From contig CM102284.1 of the NCBI GenBank assembly GCA_046563655.1, positions 6,076,001 to 6,140,000 of the forward strand: a stretch of 64,000 nucleotides of DNA, in the 5' to 3' direction. Each line of letters starts with the position of its first letter. Position 1 is the stretch's first letter. This stretch comes from Yuukianura sp. NJ FZ-2021 (taxonomy: Eukaryota). The translations under genes were made by a program, and so were the position numbers. This document shows positions 27,201-39,449 of the stretch, one piece after another. Below the pieces are notes generated by a model, which had not been told where the DNA came from, did no database searches, and worked only from the letters and a program-made list of their open reading frames with translations.

Positions 27201-28905
27201 TGTCACACAGTGTATGTCATATTGCTATTTCCATGACTTCCTCCTCATCCCTGGGCTATTCGCTAAAAGAAATGGAAGTTGGCCAATTTTTTGTTCAAGT
27301 TGAACTGAAACGAGTACTACCGAATGATCTATGATTCTCAGGTGGGATAAACTTTTTAGGCCTCAAACACATCAAAATTTTAGCGAAATGGGTTTTTACA
27401 TTTGGGTCTCCAGGAGTAATAGCTTGAATTGGCAAAATTTTACTTCCATAGGTTAACAATTTCATTGGTACTACTACTCTAGGATTTAATCTGCTGGAGT
27501 CTTTAGGATGTTATTTTTTGAAAAAGTGAAAAATCAACAACGAGTCTCCCATAGTTTCCAATATTTGAAAAAGCGTTGAATTGACTTTTTGTTTTGAGAT
27601 GCTTCTGTGCTACTTGGGTTAATTTTTTTCTTTTCTTTATTTTTGGAAGTCAAACTTTTTCCATGGGTAAAATATTTACTTTAGCTTTCTCCAAGCGTCA
27701 ATTGCAATTTAGCCTTCACTTTAACAAATCAGCAGGTGAAAAGGGTTAACACTAATTGCACTTGTGTAAGTATACTTGAGATTAGTTAAGCTTTTGTTCC
27801 TAATCAACTCATTAACACACCAGAGACACAGTAGATAAGTTTCTGAAGGGTTAATAGCATTGTACCAAGTTAGTATTTGGTAAATGACTCCCACATTTTG
27901 ACAAACCCAAAAATCAGCCATCGTGTCATTGTTATCCTTGTTTTCGCAGAACAATTATCTACCTACTGAAATTCATTTAATTTTTTTTTCACAGATTGAT
28001 GAGTTTTAGCAAATTGGAAATTGGAAGAATGAGCACACCATGCTATAATCTAATCCAAAATCGGAATCTGCGATTGGTTTAGTGCAGTTTTCGGCTCATG
28101 CTTAACTCTAACTGCAACTGAACCAATATTGGTAAAACTGGAACTTCCAATTTAGAAGTTAGAATCGATTACCTTTAGTGGAAAAAATGAAGGACACTTT
28201 TTATGTGTTAGAACACGAGGAAGAAAGATGAGGAATTGGAATTGAAATCTTTTGGAAAATTGAAATGGGATCGTAAAAATCAAGGATTGGGAATTGCTTA
28301 AACTACTTTAAAGTTTTTGAAGTTTAAAATTTGAAATTTAAATTAAGTTAAAGTTGGTTTATGGTACTTGGAGGATGGTTTTGGAAAATTTTTGCCAATA
28401 AGCTCCTTCCATTCAAAGCTGTTGAAGCTGCAATTTTGGAAATTAGCAATTGGAAATTGCGAAAATTTGAAATTTGCATTTCCTTACGACTCATTCCCAC
28501 AACTTGAACTTCTTACATAACAAAAGCGTATGGTTATGGAGTTTCCTAATTCTGGATTTTACTAGCCACGAAGTTAATAACGTAATTAGAAACTCATAAG
28601 CTAAGTTCATGGAATTGCGTCACTGGAAATGCTACGTTAAGGGTTTCACATAACCTTAGACGCTACCCCATATGTTAAGTTAACTTTTCTTAATTTTTGG
28701 TACTAAAAAGTTAGGTTGTCTGGAACTTATTGATTGATAGGTAAAGGTCAAAGGTTAAATTTTGTGTTAAAAACTTACACCAACTGCCTGCTGTCCTTCC
28801 CAAAAACTCTCCAGTGGATCCATTCCAAATAAATTTGCTAAATCCAGCTTCATTTTGTTGTTTTCCGGGTGAGTAGTGATTACTCTTCCCCTTTCCGTCT
28901 GCCAT
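24283..28905 (-). CDS. nrv: Na+/K+-ATPase beta subunit paralog C (nervana family)
   Basis: Exons 28779-28905 ([23 protein letters not shown]), 25204-25470, 24943-25127, 24745-24873 (IFGWKPEPY), 24460-24649 ([18 protein letters not shown]), 24283-24386 ([20 protein letters not shown]). Same intron positions as paralog B. Probable non-coding exon ending at 29194. Confidence 0.96.
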
Positions 28906-30261
28906 CCCAGCCTTCAAAATTTACAAAATTTTGAAAAAATAGTTCAAAATGATTTCAAAATGTGAAAACTGGACTTTTGGAAGTTTCTAAACCAAAGTCG
29001 GATGAGCCTTTTAACCGTCGTTTAGCTTTTTAAATGGCGAATTATGGTTAAAGGCAGAATAATTTTTTTGGGTGGCGTAGAAATCTTAACAAGTTTTACG
29101 CCTGCCGCTCCTTCTTTCTCTTTTTAATCGAAAACTTTAAATGTCCAGTTAATCAGAGTTAAGTTTGAAGTAGTTACATGTTTAAAAACTTACCAGAGTT
29201 AATCAGTTGGAGGATATTGAAGGTGCGTATAGTCCTTGGTAAGTTTCCTTTAGTAGGATACACACACCCAGTCGCTCCACTTCCCAGAGACAGACAGACT
29301 CAGAGTCTTGGAAATTGATCCATGAAGAGCTTCTTCTGCCAAGGACCTGATCCTAATATACCGAAAAAAAGCTTTAGCGAAAACCTTCCGTCCAAGTCCA
29401 AGTCCAACCCACAGCACCAAGTGAGTAGTAGTAGAAGTTGGACAGACTCGAGTATCTCGCCACCTCGGTCCCCAATAATATTCCAAACGACAAGTTACGG
29501 ACGAAAGTTACTGTTCGACTATACCAGGCACAACCGCACCACCATTGTTAGGTACTTTCTATGCCTAAAATTTCAGGCTTCTGTAGCACCAGAAGCACCA
29601 AAAGTAGTAGCAGCAGTGGATGACGGTAGTTTCTGCTGGCTAGAAGCGGCAGAAGCCCTGGGAAACTTACGTAATAACCACAAATTCACAACAGCAGAAC
29701 CAAAAAACAAAAGACTCATATGGCTATTTTAAACTTCAGAGGGAGCACAAGCTTCGCAAATTTAATTTTGGGGCTAAAGGGCATTACAACTTGATGGGAT
29801 AAAATTTAGGTGACCTTTGGTCTTTCTCCTGGAAATTTCACTACGGAGAAGTACATGAACTTTCTCTGTGCAATGCTCGTGCTGTACTGGCGCTGAATGT
29901 CAATTGAACACGAAGGGGATTAATTTTTAATAACTAATTCATGTTTTAAGTAATTACTTTCGTATATTTGGAAATTAAAGGTAGTGTGAGGTGTTAATTA
30001 ATAATTAATAAATTAAATAGATTAATTTAGAATCCATAAGAGAAAAACTACGGCAGAAGAGAAAGCGCAACCGGCGTCTACTAAAAGGCGCGAATTTTAA
30101 ACTGAAAGTTTTTTTTCTTTTGCTTTCACTTTCTTTTCTTTTTTTTTGTGAAGTAAACAGATGATCGGCTTTAAAGTGTGACGGAAGATAGAGTGTCTGG
30201 CGTAAAAGGAGATTAATTTGTTGCTGATCCTTGACCTTTGACCTCTTGTGGAGATCAAACA

Positions 30262-31467
30262 ATGGTGTTCTTGCACTTTCCTTCCGGATATACTGACGAA
30301 GAGCTTATGCTAAAAGCAAAGTATGCAAAGCTAAAGAAGAAGGTAAAGAACCGATTTGTATATCTCATTGTTTACATTTGAAGTTAAGTTAACGTTTATA
30401 GAAGATAATTGAAATGGATAGACAATAACAATGTTCCTTCATGTCGTTCATGTTGTGTTTACTGATTTGTAGAAACTGGCACTGCAAGCCTTCCAGAATC
30501 CAAAATCTGAGCCAGAGAAGGTCAACGCCCTTAAACGCCCCCTGGAACCTAAAGAAGCGAAGGAATACGCCAAGAAATTGATTCTCGCAGGAAAAATCAG
30601 CGTTCCAAACAAAGCTCCTGGAAGCAAAATGATCTTCAAGAAGCCACAAGGTCTTGTTCGGAAGTTATCGGAAACCAGAGCCGCTGCAATCGTTACTCCT
30701 ACGTTGAACCTCGAAGGTGGAGCGTTTCAGTCAACTTCTGGAGTCACTGGAGTATCGTCAGGAGTACAATTCAAACCATTTACACCATCACCAGCATCTA
30801 CTATTACAGAAGCCAGTGCCAGTCCTTACTCAGTTCCATACCAGGACAGAAAATTTGTACCGGGGAAGAAACGATTTAACAACTACACTCCGAGTACTGC
30901 TCAGAATCAAGATGGTCCAAGCAGTTCTTCGGCTGGATTCAGCAATAGTCCGGCAGGAAATCAGACTCCAGGAAGCAGTGGAGGCGGAATGACTCCATTT
31001 CGCACTCCTATGCGTTTCGGATCTTCGTCGGACTTTAAACCAAAACAAGGGAAAACTGTCCATGTTCGGGGAATGGTTGGACCATTGACGGAAGGAATAT
31101 GTCGCGAGGCTTTCAACAACATTGGATCTATCATCAATGTGTCGATGGAGCTGGATCGAAACTGTGGTTTCGTAACTTTTGACAAGATTGAATCTGCTGA
31201 CAGAGCAATCCAGGAAGTAAGTTCACCAAATGCTATTCCAAAATTTAACCAAAAAATGATTTCTGAAACTTACTCTAGGTAAATGGACTACAGATTGAAA
31301 GTACGACACTGCAAGTATCTTATGCTCGTCGTCAGCTTCCACTTTCGGAAATGGTCGGTGAAGGATCTTCGGCTGGAATTGCATGGGCGACTATTTCGGC
31401 CAACACTTCTCACAAAGCTACGTTCAAGGATAAACGAGAACCAGTTGTCTACGACGATGTTGACTAA
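30262..31467 (+). CDS. NELFE: Negative elongation factor E
   Basis: Exons 30262-30342 (MVFLHFPSGYTDEELMLKAKYAKLKKK), 30473-31216 (AKKLILAG; RRM with NCGFVTF), 31279-31467 (LQVSYARRQ..AWATI..DKREPVVYDDVD*). Matches NELF-E N-terminal, RRM and C-terminal motifs. Confidence 0.93.
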
Positions 31468-31803
31468 AACAAGGGAAGTCTATTTATTAGTAACTAGACT
31501 AAAAATGTATTAATATTGTTCACAGGATAAGGTATTATAGTCTCATCGCGATAAAATTAACACTATCTTCAAGTTAGTAATTTTTTACACAAAAACTATC
31601 AAATATTAGAAATTCAATTGAATCAAAATATAATCGTGTGCAATTCTCACAACCTCGCCAGGTTTTTACACGATTTTTTACATAATAAGAGTGACAATGG
31701 TGAGTATTATTTTGATATTATAATGTTTAGCTTCTTCAATTCATGATTAGTAATCCTACAAAAATTATTGCGTGTTGAAATTACTTGATATTTTTCTTGT
31801 TTT

Positions 31804-34800
31804 CTAGAATTCTCCACTGCCAAACAGCTTCGGTTTCCCATCCAGACCATTTCGCTGGGCTGAACTTGATACGATAGACTCGAGATCTTCATCTTGTGAC
31901 CTTCCTCGGACCATCATCGGTCTGCCTATGCCAATCTCATCATCTCGGCCTCGTTCGCTGAAGTTCCGGAGTTGATCGGATACCTGGAATACAAATGACA
32001 TAAGGTAACGTACAAATTCAAGTTTTCTGCTTTCCAAATTGCTCCTTGAAGTTGCTGACTTACCGTTCCGATTAACTTAGACTTTTCTTCGTTTTCCTTC
32101 TTGAGTGAACCGAGCTGTGCTTCGAATTTCATTTTCATTTGGTCAACTTGATACGCGTACTTCGTTTGCATTTGTTCCAAACGATCATTGGCTTCATCCT
32201 GTACACGTTTCAACTTTTCTTCATGCAATTCCACAAATTCCTTTTCAGCTTCGATCATCTTCTGTGACTCCTTGTGTAGAATTTCTTTGATTTTGGTGTT
32301 GTAGTATTCGTGTAGTTTTTCTCGCTCCTCGGTTAGTTTTCGGCGGAAGTCGGATTCTAAGATTACCTAACAAACATCAACATTTGTTCATCAACTGTTC
32401 GATAATCTTACAAAGTAGAATTGTTTACTCACTTTCTTAGACTTGATTCCAGCCATTTCCTGTTCAAGTGAAACAATTCTGGCAGCCATTTCTGAATTTT
32501 CAGTGTCCAGCAGTACCATTTCCGATTTGAGTTTCGCATTCGCTGATTCCAAATCCTTCGATTTTTCTCCCAGCAGTTTGTACTCTGCTTTAGTTACTTG
32601 GAGTTCTTCGGAAACTGCGTTGAAGAAGTTTTTTGTCGTGTCCAACGAATCTTGGCAGTCACGTAGAGCTCTGAGACTCGATTCTTTTTCAATCTAAATA
32701 AAAATAGAAATCTCAAAAGTAAACAAGTGTGCTAGTCAGGTTGGTACACAGAATGTCCAGTTTTACCTGTAGGCTTCCAAGTGACGCTTCCAGTGTATCC
32801 ACTTTGGCCTTTAGCTTCTCATGTTGTTCATTTCCCAACTTCTTTTCTGCCTCCAATTCATCCAGGACGGTTTGAACTTTGGCCTTCAAGTCAGAACTTA
32901 ATTGAAGGGCTTTGTCCAATTCTTGCTGGTAAGCTGACACTTTCTCCTTAGATTCGCTTAGTTTGCTCTTCAGCTCAGTGTTTTCTTTCTCCACTTCAGA
33001 CAGTTTCTCCTCCATCGATTTTCCTTGAGACTTCAACTGACTTTGAAGACGATCGCAAACTTTCGTAAGTTTGTTGATTGTGGTGTCTTTTCCATGCAAA
33101 ATTCCATCAACTACGGCAATTTTCTCACTCATTTCGAGCAGTTCCTTTTGTAACTTGGAAATTTCGTTTTCACAATGGTCTCGTCTGTATCGTTCTTCAA
33201 AGTACTTTTGCTTGTAAGTTTCCCGAATTGAGACTCCGACTTGATGGAAATCCTGGTGTGAATGCACGTTGGACTGTTTGAAGAAATTTCGAACTCCAGA
33301 AACCCCGACATCCGGAATGTGATCGCTGATTTCACTTAGAATTTCATCTAAATCGGATTCGTGCAGATCCGTTTCATGTAGAATTTCGTCAATGTCGCGC
33401 TGGTTCAGTCCAAGCTCATCGTCTGCCTGTATTCCACGGACCCCTGCAGCTAGCGGTACCAAGGCTTGAGAGTGAGCAGTGCCACCGACGTGTCGTCGTT
33501 GTCGCATGGTCTTTCCCTTGGACTTCACGGTTCTTCTAGGTCTAACATTTTCTGGAGAGCGAGTGCTGTCAATATCCGCAGAATCTCCAGCACCACAACG
33601 ATCTGAACTTGCAGTCCTGACCCAATCTTGACATCGGCCTTCGCCAAACTTTGGTGGTTCTGCAACTACCCCGTACGCTCGTTTTCCAAAACTGAAACTG
33701 CGACGAGGAAGCGGCTGAGCTTTGATAGCCTCAAGAACGGCAGACTTTTGAGGTGGTGGCTTCACCGTGGTCGAAGTGCCTGTTTTTTCGTTTTCGTTCC
33801 GCACTGGAGTGACCTGTTTTTGGTTCGGCTTAGGAGAACTTGCTGCAGCAGGAGATCCAGGATGAGCTAGCGAGTGAATGTCTTGTTCTAATTTTTGTTT
33901 CGTATCTTGGATTTCGTTCCAGAGACGACTGAGTTGTGCCAGATTTTCTGTTCGAGAGTTTGCAGAGTGTCGATTGGCAGAAACATAGTTGGTTGCCTCC
34001 TGAAGTGTACAACAATCAGTAAAGTCGTTGACGATTGCATCCGCATCGGCTTCGCTCTGAACTTGCTTCTCTTTGTCTTCGCATACCCAGCTTGCAGATT
34101 TGATTACCTCTGGTTCATGTACTGGTGATTGATTTTCTTGTTCTCGGTCTCTGTCTCTTTCTGGAAAATGAGAATTGTTCAGTAAGAAGTCAAGGGAATC
34201 CTTGTTCTTTTCCTTTTCCTGATTGGAGTAGTCATCAAGTGCCTCTTCATATTCATCCAAACGATCCTTGGCGTACATTTCCTTTACTTCTTGAATAATT
34301 TGTTCATCCGTGAGATCTCTAGGTTCAGTTTCAACTTCGGGTGGTTTGTATCCTCCAGGAGTTCGGAAATTCGGAGCTCGGATGAACATGGGCTGTGATC
34401 TGGTACCAGGAAGGACATGTCTTGTTAAATTGACAGTATTACGAGGATATCCTGGTGAGTTGCAACACCCATTTGGACAGGCATGGTCGTGGCTCGTTCC
34501 TGGAACTGCCTTGGTGGAACAACTTGACTTTGCGATTGAAGTATTCGCGTTGGTAGTTTGGTCTCCTGGACCCCGAGCCGAAACAGATTTATCGTTGACA
34601 TTGGTTTTCGCCCGAAGAAATTGTTGTGACAGGAGTGTGCGTCTGCTGATATCTTCCTGCTCGGAATCAGTCCACTCTGAGAGTCCCGTTAGCTCGCCTT
34701 TGGAGTTGATGAAGTCGGAAATATTCATAGGATCGTTGTCCAGTGTATCATCGTCATCATCTTCCAGTGCCAGTGCATCTAGTTGCTGAGACAAGTCGCG

Positions 34801-34878
34801 AGCAGAGGACAGCATCGTACGTTCCTTCATTGTAGATTTCAATCCGTCCCCGCGTCCACCGTTATTGGCAGGATTCAT
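31804..34878 (-). CDS. CNTROB: Centrobin-like centriolar coiled-coil protein
   Basis: Exons 32767-34878 (start Met uncertain), 32433-32693, 32064-32366, 31804-31983. EERYRRDHCENEISKLQKELLEMSEKIAV..KDTTINKL resembles the centrobin block ERTRRKHCERHIQSLQTRVLELQQQLAV..KDTMIEQL, followed by a long coiled coil. Confidence 0.72.
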
Positions 34879-35843
34879 AATGAATTCGCAGCTACGTCCT
34901 TTCCTGCAATTAGGAACAAAATTCATTGTTTAAGCCTTCAATGCATTTCATCTGACGATGTTTAGTTACTTACTTGTCTTTAGCGTCTCTACTTTGGGTT
35001 TTGGAAGTTGAAAAGACAATGCTAGTAAGCGACTTCCCTGAACATCGATTTGGCCAGCCTAATCCAATTAATCGAATGTCAAAGGTCAAACAACGGAGCT
35101 CCCCAGACAAAAATGTTTGTATGCAAACGAACAACTGAATTGAATTCAAAATTCATCAATCAGTCAAACATCAAACAGATCAAAAACTAAAAACTTTCAA
35201 AAAAAATTGTGAGATTTTGCGCGCTGTGCAGTTGAGAAATATTGATTGAAACATTGCCGAGAATTTTCAAAACAATAATGGTTTAGTTTAATCCGATTTC
35301 CGTTTCCGATTGTTATTTTAGCCCTAAAAATTATAACTAAATCAGCGAATTTAATTAAGATTAACAACAATCATGTCCTTTACTATACGTTTGATTTTGA
35401 ATCATAGCGTTACATAAGCTTTCAAAGAAAAGAAGCACATAAGTAAAATATAGGTCACTGCTGGAAGAAAAATTCACAACAAAAGTTAACGCACCAAACC
35501 AAGTTAATTACTATAAATCAAAATTGCTATCGTCTTAAAATAAGAATGACTGGAAATCGTTTCTAGCACATTTGGTTTGCTTATGGATTAGCATTTGCAC
35601 TTTTGAACAAGGAATTTGGAAAACGGACCCTCTTGTACAAGAATAGCAATGACTCTTTAAACTTTAACTACTCCGTGACGTTATAAATATAACTAATATA
35701 AAATGGCACAATTTCGTGTTTCGTCGATTAAATCACAGGATTAAAAATGGTAATGAATGTAGTTTAGTAGTAGTAAATGGCATAGGCTGGTTGACGGTAC
35801 TCGTTTACTGGAGCCACCATCGGCAGGCTCTGGATGTCGCCGT

Positions 35844-36667
35844 TTAGGAGGCGGGTTTAGTGAAGTTTGCCAACTTCTGAAGCTGTACGACATTTGCTGA
35901 CAGCTCCTTTTGCTCGGATCCAAGGTTACCCACTGTTCTCCGGATTTCCTTGATGAGGTCATTGCTATCCGTCATGTTTTTTCCGTACGTATTCAGTTGG
36001 TTTTGCAAATTGGTAACGAGGGTGTTCAGAGCTGACGCATTTCCTTCCAATGTCTCAATAGTTTGATTCATCTTTGCCAGTTCCATTGGTAGGTCCTTGG
36101 TCAAGGCCTCAACTAACAAAATTAAGAATGAACGTAAGGTTTCTGAGAATTTCGATCCACTTGATTCATGTTATAGTAAAGTTTGTCTTACATGCAGCCA
36201 AATTCATGTTGGTTGTAACCAATTCGTTTCGCAAACTGAATGTTAGCCATGACAAAGTGGCGGACCAGCAAAGCAGGAGCAGAATAAGGGCACAAGTCAA
36301 TGTTGAACTAGTTCCAAAACCAAGTCCCAAAGGCGATACTCCGGAACGAATGTGACTAGATTCATCGGATGTTCGGTTCTGTCGGACAGAATATCCATTT
36401 CGTCTGAAACAACAAAGCAAACAGTCTCTGGAATAAAATCTTTACGTGTTCCGGTAAGTACGATTTAGAATTCACTTACTTTTTCAGACGCAGTCGTTTC
36501 TTTTTGTTAGGATTACTGGGAGGTAGCTGATGCTGCTGGTGTGCAAATAATTCATCCGAAGATGAAGGGCTGGACGAAGAACGTGACAAATTCAGCAGTG
36601 TGAAGTCTTCCCTTGCAAAATTCCCTACATTGCCATCCGGATCGTGTCCCACCATCCCATTCATCAT
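35844..36667 (-). CDS. Type II membrane protein with lumenal coiled coil (EFCAB14-like architecture, tentative)
   Basis: Exons 36480-36667, 36192-36427 (CLLCCF; TM ALILLLLCWSATLSWLTFSL), 35844-36112 (heptad repeats, N-x-S/T sites) join in phase. Confidence 0.65.
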
Positions 36668-37489
36668 CTTACGTCACTTGTATTGCCGTCACTGCGCATT
36701 CAGTGGACTTCTCTTGATTCAAAAGTCTTCCCCAGCATCACCATCAGTGACCAGGAGGATGCCCTGAAAATGACAATTACAAATTGTAATTTACAATGGT
36801 CAAAATTCAAACGTATGTTTTCGAAAAAGACAATTCGTAAAATCAGAAATTCTGTACATGTTTCTACAAAGGAATAAGAATTTTCTTACAAGTATTCTTG
36901 CACTTTGCTTCCAGACAATGTGTCTAGGTAGAGCTTCAGAATAAAATTAAGTTAATTACGTTAGCAAAAGGGGTGATTCTGATTACTGATAATCATAACT
37001 TACCAATCTCTGAATCACTTGTTTTCACACAAAGCTTTGGCCTTGGAGTTGCAGTTTCAAATTTCCGAGTGGCGCGTGTATATCTCAAAGCGAAAACTCA
37101 AGCGTCAAGCCTATCAATATTGCCGAGTAATTGTTCCAAACGCTGGATTCGTTCTAGCGGTTAATCATTATATTGTATTATATTTTACTACTATATAAAT
37201 AATATTTTATCAATACAATATTGAATTTTGTAATACTTTATTTATTGTCACTAAATAATAAACGAACAAACCCAACGTGAGACGATCTTCTCGCAAAAGC
37301 GCGCGAAAATGGATGAAATTAGCGTTTGAATAATTTTGGTGGTTGATGTAGAGGTTACTTGCACAACCCTTGTCACCCTCTGAATTTGTGTGGTTTGTGT
37401 AGCAGCTTCTGCACAACACCCTTGTCACCCGATCCAATTTTGAAGTGAAGTTTAACATTGGGGGATAGGCAGAAGGACGGAAAAGATGA

Positions 37490-37864
37490 CAGGAGATTGT
37501 GCGGAGCAAGAAGGCTACACTCCCTCCCTATGCTTCTCCACGGCACATGCATTCCCATACAAAAAGCAGAGAAGAGCAGAAGACCTATCTCGCCTCTTCG
37601 CCTCGTATGATCCCCTGTCTACTTTTCTGCTCTCCCAAAGGCCTCCCATGCAAAAGACTCTTTAGAAACTTGAACTTGGAGGTCACGCTCATTTCCACAG
37701 CTAGTACTTTCTACTACTCAAGTCCAAAGATAGTACATCTCATCTCTTTTGCAAATGTACTTCCGCTTAATTTCGCATAAAAATTGGCAAACAATCTTGT
37801 GTTCAAAATGTTTTGAAATTTCGAAATACGTAATTTGGTGCAAAACGTTTCCAAACATATTTTC

Positions 37865-37910
<46 letters not shown>

Positions 37911-39195
37911 TTTATTAAACAGAATTCACAAACACCTGCCTAAGGGCAGGTTGAAAAGGTTTAGAGTATATATTGAGAAAAGTTAGAGGTAAAAAATTTC
38001 GTCCAATCCTTTCCCCGGGGGAAGAGTGCCAAGGATTGATGCGGAGTTGCCACGTTGAATTCAAAATTTTGTCTTAAGGCATACCTGTATGCATTACATA
38101 AGCTGAATTATTTTAAATTTTAACTAGCGTCTAAACCAAATCAGAACAAAACTTTGATTTTTATTGACCAAAATTTTGAATTTTCAACTTTACAGCGATT
38201 TCTGTGGCTCAAGCGCTCAGCTCATTGTCCCAAAATAGTATTTTATGTAATTTTTTTCAAAATTTCGCACAAAACGCGACTTCAAAGTTTTGACGAAATT
38301 TGAAAAAAATCCTTGGACTATATTGTTCAGGGATTTTGGCAAAAATGATTAATAATTTAGATTTCTGTTTTTTGGGCGTAAAATATTCTTGAGATCATTT
38401 TGAATTCAGTGGTGAAAGAATTAGCAATTTATTGCAATTCATTCCTGAGATATGAATTTTTAAAGTTTTTTAACTTTCTGAAATTTTGGAAAGAGATTTT
38501 TCCATTGTGAAGTTGGAGGCTCTCTGAAAAAGTGTCCGGAGCTATGCGGAGATTAGGCGAACCAAAAGGGCTCCTCTCCTTCCTCAACTTTTTCTCCCGC
38601 TGGCGGCGGCCTCCCCATACAAAAAGCACAGAAGAGCAAAAGACCTATCTCGCCTCTTCGCTTCGTATAATCTCCGGTCTACTTTTCTGCTCTCCCAAAG
38701 GCCTCCCATGTAAAAGACTCTTCAAAAACTTCCAAAAACACAAGCACAATTCCTATTTTAGAAAATTCTAAAAATTTGTACTCTGTTGCAATTTCGGCAA
38801 CTCCATCGGCCGGTTCATTGTTGCACAACAGTATTTCACATAATTTGGTGCAAAATTTCTTGCAAAAAACGAATTCCAAATTTTGAAATTTCTTCGCAAT
38901 TTCTACCATTTTTTGTCACCATCTCATTGTCAACTTCAACGTTTTCCACCCCTCACCACCAATGTTTTGCATCTCCAGCCAATGCAAAACATCATGCCAC
39001 AGACCTGTAGCGCAAACGAAAAATTTTGAAAGAAGGATTTTGAAAAACATGAAAAAAGAAGCTTGCTTTTATTTTAGTTTTTTGCTTTCTCATGACGCCA
39101 CATCAAAATTATTTAATTTCCCTGCTGCTAAATTTGGCTTCAAATCTAAGATTGAAAAATATAATTTTTTAAGTGGCGTCTGCTCGTAGCAATAA
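37490..39195. mobile_element. Composite degenerate element with internal duplication, related to the 330-bp family
   Basis: 37553-37671 is duplicated at about 38614-38731. 38536-38600 resembles the core of the 330-bp element (gctatgcggagatta). Right end gtggcgtctgctcgtagcaat (39173-39193) matches the family end, with inverted gacgccac at 39094. Left boundary uncertain. Confidence 0.6.
37873..38060 (-). mobile_element. 5'-truncated CRE-clade (restriction-like endonuclease) non-LTR retrotransposon
   Basis: 38060-37983 reads IQRGNSASILGTLPPGKGLDEIFYL*, the typical C-terminus of CRE-type elements. It is followed by a cctgccc..ggcagg stem, AATAAA and a ~37-nt poly(A), and flanked by TTCAAAATTTT at 37862-37872 and 38060-38070 (candidate TSD). 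Confidence 0.85.
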
Positions 39196-39449
39196 AAATT
39201 TTCACATCATCGTAATTTTTGTTTTTCTTTGAAACTAGCACTACTAAGAACGTTTAAGAAAATAGGGAAAAATTAGTAGAAACTTGAAAAGAAAAACGCA
39301 ATTGTACTTTCTACGCTACAGCGAAAAAATTCAATAAGGAATTGGAAATTAGGCGCTCATTTATTGTACGTTGAGTGAACCAGTTCTTGTTTTTGTAATA
39401 TTAAACGTGTAAGTTGAAGTGAGATCGTTGAAAGACGTGAGGTCAAAGG

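Noticed and set aside
29250..29732. ORFs of 78 and 136 aa upstream of beta paralog C
   Set aside because: They overlap the probable 5' UTR and promoter of paralog C and show no homology cues.
31926..32063. ORF-track C-terminus of the centrobin-like gene (..EAEMMRLA*)
   Set aside because: A strong GTAAGT donor at 32063 and an acceptor before 31983 give a better 80-nt intron and a different last exon.
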